Assembly: GCA_951406725.2 (NCBI GenBank)
Contig: OX597814.1
Location: 109,988,001-110,052,000, forward strand
Length of the DNA: 64,000 nucleotides
DNA from: Octopus vulgaris
Lineage: Eukaryota
Direction of reading: 5' to 3'
Shown here: piece after piece, positions 25,960 through 38,989 of the stretch
Position numbering within the stretch: the stretch's first letter is position 1
How the letters are laid out: the number at the start of each line of letters is the position of its first letter
Notes under the pieces: model-generated
What the model saw: only the letters and a program-made list of their open reading frames with translations
Database searches by the model: none
Told to the model about the DNA's origin: nothing
Translations under genes and position numbers: made by a program

Positions 25960-26382
25960 TCACGGCATATCAACAACACCTCTTCACCATCGATGGTAAG
26001 TCTGATTTTAAATTAAACATATTGTATATCTGAGCTCCATGTGTCTAACACATGTGGACATGCCTACAAAATCAGAAAACAGCACAGCTCCAATGACTTT
26101 CGGAAACATTTTTTCACACTCGAAGTTGCTGAAGCATGGAACAAACTACCTGCATCAGTTGTTAGCTGCTGAAACATTGCATCCTTTAAAACCTTCATGC
26201 TTCCTGAAATTCGCCAATATTACACCCGATATCCTCCCCTGCCTTCATACGCATGCACACATGTATATTATGACTCATACACTGTTCACTTTCCTGACTT
26301 TTGTACACAATTCTATGTACTCTATATGCACCTTTGATGAGTTGTGCACCTGAGCACCAGACACAATAATTTCATTATTATT
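25960..26382 (+). mobile_element. CR1-like LINE 3' end
   Basis: GHAYKIRKQHSSNDFRKHFFTLEVAEAWNKLPASVV; (ATT)n-like tail. Confidence 0.75.
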
Positions 26383-26681
26383 TACAGTGCACAGGTATTT
26401 CACAATCAGACTGGATTATCCACTTGATTAAAAGTACTGTATTTATTCCTCTGTCTTTCGTAATGTAATTGTTGATATTAGCCACTCCTAACATAACCTA
26501 ACCTTAGTGTCAGTACCTACGGACAATCGGCTACATCGGACCAATGTTCCACCCTTTTAGTCCGTAGTACCGGGATATTAATGTAATTCAAAAGTCACTA
26601 ATTATATAACATTGCAGCAGTAAATATAAAAGCATGTGGGACTTATAAGGTTACAGTGTTTGGTAATGTTTCCTTTTTTAT

Positions 26682-26909
26682 AGGCACAGGAGTGGCTGTG
26701 TGGTAAGTAGCTTGCTTACCAACCACATGGTTCCAGGTTCAGTCCCACTGCATGGCATCTTGGGCAAGTGTCTTCTACTATAGCCTCGGGCCGACCAATG
26801 CCTTGTGAGTGGATTTGGTAGACGGAAACTGAAAGAAGCCTGTCGTATGTATATATATATATATGTGTGTGTGCGTGCGTGTTTGTCTGTGTTTGTCCCC
26901 CCAACATTG

Positions 26910-26946
<37 letters not shown>

Positions 26947-27160
26947 ATGTTTGTGTGTCTATGTTTGTCCCCCCCCAACATCTCTTGACAACCGATGCTG
27001 GTGTGTTTATGTCTCCCTCACTTAGCGGTTCGGCAAAAGAGACCGATAGGATAAGTACTAGGCTTACAAGGAATAAGTCCTGGGGTAGATTTGCTCGACT
27101 AAATGCGGTGCTCCAATATGGCCGCAGTCAAATGACTGAAACAAGTAAAAGGAGTAAAGA
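26682..27160 (+). mobile_element. SINE family A with an internal duplication of the microsatellite segment
   Basis: Head ggcacaggagtggctgtgtgg; the TA/TG-gtttgtccccc block occurs twice. Confidence 0.9.
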
Positions 27161-28063
27161 GAGTCCAAATTCTTCTGTTGTAGTCTTTTCTTTCTGTCCC
27201 TCTGAGATCAATAGTATTGCTTCTAACATCGGTAAAAGGCCTGAAATTGGGAAGAATAGCTAATAATAGCGACTGGTGCTTCACTTTACTGATCCCCAAA
27301 GGGATAAACACAGAACATAAAGGACCAGAATAAACACTGCCAGGTATTTTGTCTGACAGTTCTGATTTAAAAGGACAAGGGACAGAAACCAATAAGTTTG
27401 GATGATGAAGCCATGAAGGTGTAGCTGTGTGGTTAAGAAGTTTGCTTCCCAACCACATGGTTTCAGGTTCAGTCTCACTGAAAAATGTCAAAAAATAAAG
27501 AATTGGACCCAATGAAACTGGAGGAATTATCAAAATTGCTTATTTCATATTATATATCCTTCCTATATCCTAATTTTACAATTCATGAACTTGCCACAAA
27601 CAAACACACACACACATGTGCAGCGATACACACACGCATGCAAGCGCACACACAAGCACACACATACACACATATGCGCAGGCATACACACACACATATG
27701 CATGCACACATACACAAACACACACATGTATACACACATGAACTCACACATATGCCTACGCACACCTGCACACACACACACTCACATACAATGAAAACAA
27801 AAGACAAGATAAAGAAAGCATTTCTTATGAAATGAAGCCATGTTTTTTGCCTGTTGCTCATTTATAAAATGATACGCTTTTTGATGCTGAATTCTTGTCA
27901 CGCAAACATAACTACTTTGGTATAAAAATGTACGTGATTATTCTTGAAGTGGTTGGCGCTACATGCTGACAGCACTGACAGTGTCATTGGGAATAGATGA
28001 GATTCCTTGTAAATAATTAATTAATATGTTAATATGTGTGTGTGTAGCAGCATTTTATGCATA

Positions 28064-28122
<59 letters not shown>

Positions 28123-28554
28123 ATATAATATATACATGTATTTATGGCTGTATGTATACACGCACATATATGAACATATTTGTGTATGTATATGTATAGA
28201 TAATAATACAGTTAAAATGTTTATGAGAATGTTTTAAGAACAATATACACATATACATACATGCATGCATACATGGTTACACACATACATATATGCATGT
28301 GTGTGTAGAGGCATGTTCATGTATGTGTATATACATCATCATCGTTTAACGTCCGCTTTCCATGCTAGCATGGGTTGGCCGATTTCGACTGAGGGCTGAC
28401 GAACCAAATGGCTGCACCAGACTTCAATCTTGATTTGGTAGAGTTTCTACAGCTGGATGCTCTTCCTAATGCCAACCACTCTGAGAGTGTAGTGGGTGCA
28501 TTTACGTGCCACTGGCACGAGGGCCAGTCAGGCAGTACTGGCAACGGTCATGGG

Positions 28555-28604
<50 letters not shown>

Positions 28605-29528
28605 ACACACATACACACACATACAGAATGAAAGAAAAGTTTTATGAAACAGAGAAGTAGAACTCAATACAAGAGTGTATATATATATATCTCAATATAT
28701 TTTTTACATCAATGTATATACATATGTGTGTATGTGTATATATGAATATATGATATGGACGTACATGTTTATATATGTATATGTGTGTGTGTGTATATCA
28801 ATGTATTGTTTTCAAATTTCTCAATTCTTCGAAGATACAAACTGTAAAAAATCAATTTCTTTTTTTTGCTTGAAAGATTAAAATCTCTAATTTGATGGTT
28901 GAAAATAAGCAGGTCTCTCTGGTGTTGAAGTTATTACAGCAGGCTCAGAATTAAGTTCATGTGAGTGACTCAGTCCAATATTTTTTCTTTTTTTTTTACC
29001 TAAGGTATTTTCTGCTGAAATATTATGAGCAATTATTGATAGCTAAATTTCTATTTCAGTGACATCATAAAACATAAAAAAGACTATTTTTCAAAATATC
29101 ATCATCATCATCATTTAGCGTCCGCTTTCCATGCTAGCATGGGTTGGACGGTTCAACTGGGGTCTGTGAAGCCAGAAGGCTGCATCAGGCCCAGTCTGAT
29201 CTGGCAGTGTTTCTACGTCTGGATGCCCTTCCTAACACCAACCACTCCATGAGTGTAGTGGGTGCTTTTTACGTGCCACCCGCACAGGTGCCAGACGGAG
29301 CGGGCAAACGGCCATGAACGGATGGTGCTTTTACGTGCCACCGGCACGGGGGCCAGGCAAGGCTGGCAACAGCCACGAACGGATGGTGCACCAGACTTCA
29401 ATCTTGATTTGGTAGAGTTTCTACAGCTGCATGCTCTTCCTAATGCCAACCACTCTGAGAGTGTAGTGGGTGCATTTACGTGCCACCGGCACGAGAGCCA
29501 GTCAGGCAGTACTGGCAATGGTCATGGG

Positions 29529-29568
<40 letters not shown>

Positions 29569-29906
29569 ACACACATGCACATGCACACATACACACACAT
29601 ACAGAATGAAAGAAAAGTTTTATGAAACAGAGAAGTAGAACTCAATACAAGAGTATATATATATATCTCAATATATTTTTTACATCAATGTATATACATA
29701 TGTGTGTGTGTATATCAATGTATTGTTTTCAAATTTCTCAAATATTACTAATGGTATTAAAACAAAACTTTGCCCCAGATATGCTAATGTGTTTTCTATT
29801 GTTGTCATCAGTGGAGGGAGTAATTATACACATGTGACAGTCATAATTACAGGAAGTAATAATACACATATAGCAATCATAATAATCATGGATTATCCCA
29901 GGTTAT

Positions 29907-30805
29907 AAGGTGGCGAACTGGCAGAAACGTTAGCACGCTGGGCGAAATGCGTAGCCGTATTTTGTCTGCCATTATGTTCTGAGTTCAAATTCCGCCAAGG
30001 TCGACTTTGCCTTTCATCCTTTCGAAGTCGATAAATTAAGTACCAGTTACATACTGGGGTCGATGTAATCGACTTAATCCATTTGTCTGTCTTAGTTTGT
30101 CCCCTCTGTGTTTATCTCCTTGTGGGTAGTAAAGAAATAGGTATTTCGTCTGTCTTTATGTTCTGAGTTCAAATTCTGCTGAGGCCGACTTTGCCTTTTG
30201 TCCTTTTGGGGTCGAGGTCGATAAATTAAGTACCAATTGTGTACTGAGGTCAGTCTATTTGGTTAGCTCCTTCCCCCAAAATTTCAGGCCTTGTGCCTAG
30301 AGTAGAAAAGAATATAAAACTATATAAAGGTGGCGAGCTGGCAGAAACGTTAGCATTCCAGTGCAATGCTTAGAAGTATTTTGCCTGTCTTTACATTCTG
30401 AGTTCCAATTCAGCTGAGGGCAACTTTACCTTTCATTCTTTTGGAGTCAATAAATTAAGTACCAGTTGTGTACTGGGGTCGATCTAATCAACTGGCCCCT
30501 TCCCCAAAGATTTCAGGCCTTGTGCCTAGAGAAGAAAAGGATTATCTCAGGTTATTAGCAGTAACATGATAAAGCTGTTATTCCACTCACTACGGCAGCA
30601 AACTGGCAGAACCATTAGCTCACCAGGCAAAATGCTTACAGGTATTTCATCAGACTTTATATACTGAGTTCAAATTCCACCAAGATCGACTTTGCCTTTC
30701 TTCCTTTGTGGGGACAAGAAAATAGTACCAGTTGTGTACTGGGGTTGATGTAATCAACTTAACCCTGTCTTGAAATTACTGGTCTTGTGCCAAAATGTGA
30801 AACCA
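29907..30805 (+). mobile_element. Head-to-tail cluster of four SINE family B units
   Basis: Units start at about 29907, 30140 (headless), 30326 and 30593. Confidence 0.8.
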
Positions 30806-30886
30806 TTATTATTTCAACGACTGTTGTTTCATGCTCAATGAATTTCCCAGACAACAAATGGAAAATCTGCAAAATATCATCACCAT

Positions 30887-31050
30887 AAGCGCAGGAGCAG
30901 CTGTGTGGTAAAAACCTTGCTTCCCAACCACATGGTCTTGGGTTCAGTCCTACTGCATGGCACTTTGGGCAAGTATCTTTTAATATAGCCTCAGGCTGAC
31001 CAAAGCCTTGTGAGTGGATTTGGTAGACAGAAACTGGAAGAAGCCCATCG

Positions 31051-31092
<42 letters not shown>

Positions 31093-31320
31093 CGTGTGTG
31101 GGTATGTATGTTTGTGTGCCTGTGTTTGTCCTCACACCATCTCTTGACAACTGATGTTGGTGTGTGTACATCTCCGTAACTTAGCAGTTTGGCAAAAGAG
31201 ACTGATAGAAAAAGTACTAGGCTTACAAAGAATAAATCTCGGGGTCGATTTGTTCGAGTAAAGGCGGTGCTCCAGTATGGCCACAGTCAAAATGACTGAA
31301 ACAAATAAAAGAATAAAAGA
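30887..31320 (+). mobile_element. SINE family A, full length
   Basis: Head gcgcaggagcagctgtgtgg through tail aataaaagaataaaaga. Confidence 0.85.
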
Positions 31321-31559
31321 ACGACCATCATAACCATCGTCCTCATCTAACATCTGTGATCCAGGCTGGGCTGTGTGACAGGATCCACTTTGGTATGGAT
31401 TTCACGGCTGGGGGCACTTGCTAATGCTAAGGACCTGAAATGAATACAAAGATAAAAGGTCTGAGATGTTTGCCAAATGCTGACATAATCAAATTCTTCC
31501 TCTCTGATTTTATGCAAACAATGGAACCACTTAAATACATAAGCTCTACTGTTGATCTC

Positions 31560-32320
31560 TATGCACAGTGTGTGTGTGTGTGTTGTGTGCATGTATATAC
31601 CAGTGTGTGTGTGTGAATGCGTGTGTACATATACCAGTGTGTGTGGGGGTGGTATGCACACATGTGTGTGTACATGCATACATATACTAGTGTGTGTGTG
31701 TTTACACGTGTATGTGTGCATACATATACCAGAGTGTGTGTGTGGCGGGGCAGTGTGCATACATGCATGCGTACATGTGTACATATACTAGTGTGTGTGT
31801 CTACATGTGTATGTGTGCATACATCTACCAGTGTGGGTTTGTGGGTTTGTATGTGTGCATGTACACATGTGTACATGTACTAGTGTGTGTGTGTGTATGT
31901 GTTGTAGGCATACATATGCCAGTGTGTGTGTGGATGTGTGCATACATGTACCAGTGTGTGTGTGTATGTGTACATTTACTAGTGTGTGTGTGTGTGCATG
32001 TACATTTACTAGTGTGTTTGGATGTGTGGATACATAAACCAGTCTGGGTGTATGAGTGTGTGCATGTGTGCATACATAAACCAGTGTGTGTGTGGGTGTG
32101 TGTTTGTGCACATTTACTAGTGTGTATGTGTGTGTATATGCGTACATTTACTAGTGTGTGTGGGTGTGTGCATACATTTATTAGTGTGTGTGGATGTGTG
32201 CATACATATACCAGTATGTGTGTGTGTGTACATTTACTAGTGTGTATGTGTGTGTGCGCACATTTACTAGTGTGTGTGTTTGCGTGCATTTACTAGTGTG
32301 TGTGTGTGTGTGTGTGTAAG
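31560..32320. repeat. TG-based minisatellite, ~28-36-bp units
   Basis: About 22 recurrences of CAT(A/T)TAC(C/T)AGTGTGTG separated by variable (TG)n. Confidence 0.9.
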
Positions 32321-32494
32321 CATGCTACTTGAGAACCTGCCCTGTTCCCTTCCTCTGCCTCTGCTTTCAAGGTGTTACTGATAAGGAGCAACCCTTCAGC
32401 GCAAAGCAATTGCATGCATCTCATCCATCCAAGAAATGCTCTGTTTAGCAAGAAAATGGTAATTCCATCTTCTACCATGGTGTAATATATACCT

Positions 32495-32885
32495 TTTATC
32501 TTTTGTCATTTACATGTTTCAGTCATTAGGCTGTGGCCATGCTGGGGCACCACCTTGAAGAATTTTCTTAATTGAATGAATCAATCCCTCTACATGTTTC
32601 TTTTTTTAAATCTGGCACTTATTCTATCGATCTCCTTTGTCAAACTGCTAAGTTACAGGGATGTAAACACATCAATGCTGGTTGTCAAGCAGGGGTGGGG
32701 AACAAGTACACACACACACACATATGTATGACAGGCTTCTTTCAGTTTCCATTTACCAAATCCACTCACAAGGCTTTGGTCAGTCTAAGGCTATAGTAGA
32801 AGACACTTGCGTAAGGGTCCATGCAATAAAACTGAACCCAGAACCATGTGGTTGGGAAGAAAACTTCTTACCACACAGCCATGCT
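32495..32885 (-). mobile_element. SINE family A, older variant
   Basis: Reverse-complement match with more mismatches. Confidence 0.75.
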
Positions 32886-32941
32886 TGCTCCTTTGTATAT
32901 AATGTGTGTATATGCATTTATATATGTGTGTGTGTGTGTAT

Positions 32942-33270
32942 GAAGGCACATGGCTAGTGGTTAGGGCATTCCACTCACAATCATAAGGTCATGGTTTCAA
33001 TTCCTGGCAACGCGTTGTGTCCTTGAGCAAGACATTTTATTTCACGTTGCTCCAGTCCACTCTGGTGGCAGAAATGAGTAGTCAGCACTCATCCACACAC
33101 ACACACACACACACTAGCCTTGTCACATTCTGTGTCACACTGAATCTCCCTGAGAACTACATTAAGGGTACACGTGCCTGTGAGTTGCTCAACCACTTGC
33201 ACGTTAATTTTACGTGCAAGCTGTTCCATTGACTGTATCAGCTGGGACACTCATTGTTGTAGCTGATGGA
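32942..33270 (+). mobile_element. tRNA-derived SINE family D
   Basis: TGGCTAGTGGTTAGGG A box, GGTTTCAATTCC B-box-like, CORE-like CCTTGAGCAAGAC. Confidence 0.75.
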
Positions 33271-33289
33271 TATATATATATATATATAG

Positions 33290-34170
33290 TTACAACCCAC
33301 ACCCAATGGGAGCTGCAGCTGCTAATGGACCACTTCTTCCAGGCCTGCAAGGACTTTGGGCTGACCATCAGCCTGAAGGAGACAAATGTCCTAGTGCAAG
33401 GCACACCAGCACAACATGCCATCACCATAAATGACTACAAACTTGAAGTTGTTCATCAATTCACCTACCTTGGGTCCATCATCACCAACAATCTCTCTCT
33501 CGATGCCAAGATTGACAAGAGAATTGGGAAGGTAGCCACTATGCTCATATGCCTCACATCAAGAGTATGGATAAACCCAAAATTGATGGAAAACCAATTA
33601 TAGCAGCGACTCCATCTAAGAATATCTGAAGAAGGAATTTTATTCCGAAATGTCATCGGACTATGGATGACTAAATTACAACAGGTAAATAGTCCATCTT
33701 TTTGTATTATAGTGCATTGTTGACATTCAAAGCTTTTTATTCTTTACAAACAATACACAATGCTTCAAGCGAGCTACAATACTCTCCTGAAGATGGCTGT
33801 GTACAATGCCTGTGTCCTCAGCACCCTGTTGTATGGCAGTGAGACATGGATCACATATGCCCGTCAGAAAAAAAAACTGAACAGCTTCCATCTCAAAAGC
33901 CTACGACGCATACTCAGCATCACCTGGCAGGACAAGGTGACCAACACTGCCATCCTGACTCGTGCTGGCTTCCCTTCCATGTACACATTGCTGAGACAAT
34001 GTTAACTACGCTGGCTAGGTCATGTTCACTGTACGGAGGATGGCCAAATCCCAAAAGACATTATCTACAGAGAACTCACAGCAAGACAGAGAAACAAGGG
34101 CCGCCCTCAGCTGAGGTACAAGGATGTGTGCAAGAGGGACATGAAGGCGCTCAACATCAACATCAACTAC
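33290..34170 (+). pseudogene. RTE/BovB-like LINE RT C-terminal fragment split by a ~200-bp insertion
   Basis: ELQLLMDHFFQACKDFGLTISLKET...LEVVHQFTYLGS...RVWINPKL, then insert, then KMAVYNACVLSTLLYGSETW...LRWLGHV..EDGQIPKDIIY...KGRPQLRYKDVCKRDMK. Confidence 0.9.
33624..33656 (+). ncRNA. Minimal hammerhead motif inside the insertion (about 33586-33789)
   Basis: AT-CTGAAGA-A-GGAAT ttt ATTCC-GAAA-TG-TC-AT; perfect 5-bp stem II, short stem I. Confidence 0.6.
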
Positions 34171-34494
34171 AGGAAACATCGTCTCCAGCTGGTTATTGAT
34201 GCACTCTCTGCACCCTTATATTTTCAAACAAAGGAGTTTAGTGCCCCCACTCAGCTCAGAGCAATATCTGTGTAGCAATGATTTCTGGATCATTTCTCTT
34301 CATCGGCACAGAATAACTGCTTGTCTAGAGATGGTGCCACTAAATTCTTGTTTGAAATATATACTTTTCAAACTGACACATTGTCACTGATCTCATAAAC
34401 AGAGAAATTATTACTTCTAAATCTCTGAATGGGAAACATTCAATAACAGTACTCTGGAGTAAATATTATTTGCCAACATGATGTGGCAGTCCTG

Positions 34495-34534
<40 letters not shown>

Positions 34535-34544
34535 TATATAGTGA

Positions 34545-34713
34545 GAATTTACAGAAAAACAAAAGACGAAGACGGATGTTTAAACAACAAATAGATGTAT
34601 TAGTTTAACACTTGGGAAGTAAGAAAGTCTTTTATATTTTGAGCCTATGCTCTTCGATAGAAAGGAACACAGAAATAAAGAGAAAATAGAAAAAGGTTTA
34701 GTAGCTAACAATC

Positions 34714-34715
<2 letters not shown>
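34545..34715 (-). mobile_element. Short repeat in (TA)n with a decayed hammerhead motif (about 34628-34665)
   Basis: Minus strand TTT-CTATCGA-A-GAGC atag GCTC-AAAA-TA-TA-AAAG; related copies at about 775-905 and 61925-62020. Confidence 0.45.
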
Positions 34716-34744
<29 letters not shown>

Positions 34745-37700
34745 CGTGAGGTGTGCTGGGGGTGGTTTATCTCCATCAGTCACCTGCTGCTGTTGTTGTT
34801 GCTGTTGTTGTTGTTCTTGTTGCTATTGCTACTGTTGTTATTGTTATTGTTGCTGCTGTTGTTGTTGTTTTCTTTGAGTTTCAAAGTGTCAGTCTTTGTC
34901 TCTGCTTAAGAAATGAGTGATCGCTGTCTCTTTTGGTCGGTTGGCAAGTAATTTGTCACTGACATGTCATCAAGATCACATGGCAAGTGATGACAAAACA
35001 CTCTCCCGTCAGCAAAATCTCAATCTTGTCTGGTTCAATTCCGATATTATTCACAGAAATTATTCAAGTGGTTATTAAATGAAATAATCTTCGTCTATGT
35101 CACACGCAAGTCTATGACAAATCAATAAACAGGCAGATCACACTTATATATGTACAGTTTAAGCGTATAACAGGAATATGAGATAACATACCAACAAATA
35201 CCCTTGCATTATATATATTGTGTGTGTGTTTGTGTATGAGTGCGCACACGCATGTGTGTGCACTTAGGTGTGTGCGTGCATGTATGTTTGTGCATGAGTG
35301 TGTGCACGCATGTGTGTGTGCATGTGTATGTGTGTGTGTGTGTGTGTGTGCATGTCTGTACGTGTGCACACGTGTGTGTGGTTTTTTATAAGCAGAGGAA
35401 CAGGTGAGAGGATCAGGTAAAATACTGTTATTGACAGAAAAAAGTTGACAGTGAGCCACTACCAACAATCAAGCTATGAATCTCTCAAATTCTGGTTGAG
35501 TACTTTGTGCCATAGAGGTAAATAATCTTAGCCAGAACTTGAGAGGTGCAGAGTTCTCTTAATTATATATATATATAATATATATAGAATTAAGAGACAA
35601 TTAATCATGAAAGATATTATCTATAATCATGAAAGATGTTATCTATAATAAAGTATAAGTTTAAATAATGTATGTATGTTTGTGTATCTGTGTTTGTCCC
35701 CCACCATCGCTTGACAACCGATGTTGGTGTGTTCATGTCCCCGTAACTTAGCTGTTTGGCAAAAGGAGACCAATAGAATAAGTACTAGGCTTACAAAGAC
35801 TAAGTCCTGGGGTCGATTTATTCGACTAAAGGCAGTGCTCCAGCATGGCCGCAGTCAAATGACTGAAACAACTAAAAGAAAAATAAGAATATATACATAT
35901 AAATAAATAAATATATATATATATATATATATAATCTTCATCATTGCCATCATTAACATTCAACTTCTGCTTTCCATGTTGACATGGCTCGGACAATTTG
36001 ACAGATTCCAGTGAGCTGCAAGATGGCATCAAACTCCAGTATCGGCCTTGGCAAGGTTTTTAATTGCTGGTTGCCCCTTCCTAATGCCAACCACTTTGGC
36101 AATGGAATTTTTGTATTCAGGCCAGGGAGAATGGAAGTTAAAGTCAACATTGGTGAGATTAGAACTCAGAACTCAAAACTGCTGGAATAAATACAGCAGG
36201 CAAATGCTTTTTATCTGATGCTTTTGCAACTCGACTAATTTACCAGCCAACTTTGCCAATTAATTTCAATGAGAGCAAGCCTAATGAAAGATTTTTTATG
36301 ATTTAGTCAAAATAAATCTAATGAAAGTTCCAAACATTTGCACATTATGAGAATGATATTTTATGTTTGTTTTTGGTTCTGTTTATTGTTTATTTCTTGT
36401 CTTTGTTTTTTTTTTTAATGGCCAGGTGGGAAATGAAAAACATCTGTAGAATGACATTCCATTCCAAGCACAGATGTTTTGTGCTCTCATCTTTTCATTC
36501 ACTTTTCATGCATAGTATCTGACAACGACAACATCAACAACATCAGCAACAACAGCAGCCACAATGACTATGAGGACACCAACAAAAATAACAGCAGTGG
36601 CAGCAGCAGCAGCCACAACATATGCTTACTGGGTAAACTGCCAAAATTTACCATTTTTCAAGTGGATATCAGAATCGTATATCCAATATTTTACTAATCT
36701 TTTTGGCATTGTTACATATTCAGACTGTTATAAATCAGATTTGCATTCACTACAGGTAAATGACATGGTTGTTTTTTGTTGTTTTTTTTTTTGCTTTAGG
36801 TTTTTGTTTTTCTGTCTTCTTCGCATTTTATTTTTCTTTCCTCATCTTCTCAACCTTTATCACTGAATGTGTTGTTTGGTTTCTACAATTCATTACAAAT
36901 ACGTTGTAAAACAAAGGTTAATATCCTGCCAGATGAGAGAACAATCAAGAAATGCCATGATCTGTTTTTGTGTTACAATCTTTTCACAAATTATTTTGCA
37001 GTCATCCAAGAATTTGGACATTAGTTTTAAACACGTCATGTGTAAGATTCCTGTACAAATAGATTGCTTTGACCAAAATAATGATATAAAGAATAATAGA
37101 TGAAATGATTTGTTTTATTACAGTTCTGCGTTGCCTTACTGGCACTTGTGCTGGTGGCACATGAAAAAAAACATTTGAGCGAGGTCGTTGCCAGTGCCGC
37201 TGGACTGGCTCCTGTGCATGTGGCACATAAAAAGCACCATTTGAGCATGGCCGTTGCCAGTACTGCCTGACTGGCCCTCGTGCCGGTGGCACGTAAAAGC
37301 ACCCACCACACTCTTGGAGTGGTTGGCGTTAGGAAGGGCATCCAGTTGCAGATGATGATGTCATCATCATTTGATATCTGTTTTCCATGCTGGCATAGGC
37401 TGGACAGTTTTACAGGAGCTTGCAAAGCCAGAAGCCATGCCAGGTTCCAATTGTCTGTTTTGGCATGGTTTCTACAGTTGGATGCCCTTCCTAATGCCAA
37501 CCACTCTACAGAGTGTACAGGGTGCTTTTTATGTGGCACCAGCACCAGCGGAGTTGCCAAATAGCTTGCAAGACAAAGACCTCTTAGCTGAGAGAGAGGC
37601 TAGAACTAAGAGAAGTGACCATATGCCAGGTGAGAGGTTAGAGTATGAGAGAGATGAAGTAAGAAAGTTTCCCATTGGTAGATAAATCCATTTGACTGTC

Positions 37701-37853
37701 AAACAAAATAAAGGTTACATATATGTGCAAGTGTGGCTGCGTGGTTAAGAAGCTTGTTTTCCAATCAAATGGTTCCAGGTTCAATCCTACCATGTGACAT
37801 CTTTGGCAAGTATCTTCTCTGCATCATGACCTGAAATGTAAGATTTTGTTTCT

Positions 37854-37964
37854 TCCCTGATGACCGAGGCTTGATTTATCCAATATTTATTCGCTTCCAT
37901 TACTGGCTGCATATTTTGATGAACATCTACCAGGATCTCTGAGCCCCGAGAAACAGTTATTGGA
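37854..37964 (+). ncRNA. Type I hammerhead motif with long stem II, partly decayed
   Basis: TCC-CTGATGA-C-CGAGGCTT...(~70 nt)...GAGCCCCG-A-GAAAC AGTT ATT-GGA; stem I TCC/GGA. Confidence 0.5.
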
Positions 37965-38207
37965 CTTACAACACCCTATATCCTCCCCTTTAATTTTCAC
38001 TGTCATTTTGTACTCTGAGTAAGTTTGATCTATTAATATATAAAGATCTATTACAAGTAGAAAGATATATTTTTCCAATGTGTAAATACTTATAGAACTG
38101 CATATATAGGATAAAATCCTTCCAGAGCAGAAAAATCTGTCAGCAACCAGCCATAAGACTCAAACTCACATTCCTTCGATTTCCAGTCAAAGTGCTTTAC
38201 CATTTAA

Positions 38208-38429
38208 CCCTTTTGTTACCAACCCGGCTGAAACCAGCTCTGGCTCTGTAGTACAAATGTCTTGTTTTCAAAAGTTTAGAATTAAAATCTTTCACCAAAC
38301 CTTAGTCACAATTTATGTTCCTAACACTAGCTTAATGATAACTAAGTTATTTTACTAAATTCTTTGTTATATTTAAAATCAATTGAAAGAAACACAGAGC
38401 ATCTCAAAATAAATTCAGTAATGAAAGGG
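38208..38429. mobile_element. piggyBac-like MITE, copy 1
   Basis: TTAA on both sides; termini CCCTTTTGTTAC ... GTAATGAAAGGG. Confidence 0.85.
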
Positions 38430-38460
38430 TTAAGATATAAAATAGAGAAACAATTCTTAA

Positions 38461-38681
38461 CCCTTTCATTAGCAACCTAGCTGAAACCACCCCTGGCTCT
38501 GTAGTATAAATGCCTTGTTTTCAAAAGTTTTGAATTAAAATCCTCCACCAAACCTTAGTCACAATTTATGTTCTTAACACTAGCTTAATGATAACTAAGT
38601 TATTTTACTAAATTCTTTGTAATATTTAATGTAATTGAAAGAAACACAGAACATCTCAAAATAAATTCAATAATGAAAGGG
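38461..38681. mobile_element. piggyBac-like MITE, copy 2 (direct repeat of copy 1)
   Basis: TTAA on both sides; termini CCCTTTCATTA ... TAATGAAAGGG; collinear with copy 1. Confidence 0.85.
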
Positions 38682-38989
38682 TTAAGCTAAACTACCCACT
38701 GACAAATTCTTCTGCAATTTTAAAACTTATAAACTCATCGAGAAACACTAGATAGAATAGAAATTATGTTTTATTCTCTATGTACTGATTTTATCCTTTA
38801 TATGCTGTTCTGTCAGTACTTATGCTTTGAAAAATATATCTTTCTACTTATCGTATTTTAACATGTGTAAGGAACATTTGTGTATAAGAAACGACAATTC
38901 ATTTCAGTGCTTCAAAACTCACACTTATGTTTGTTTACATATGATGTAATAAATATGTATATATTTATAATTAAATATTCATGATTTTG

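Noticed and set aside
26505-26530. CTAACATAACCTAACCT telomere- or Helitron-like motif
   Set aside because: Too short and no supporting termini
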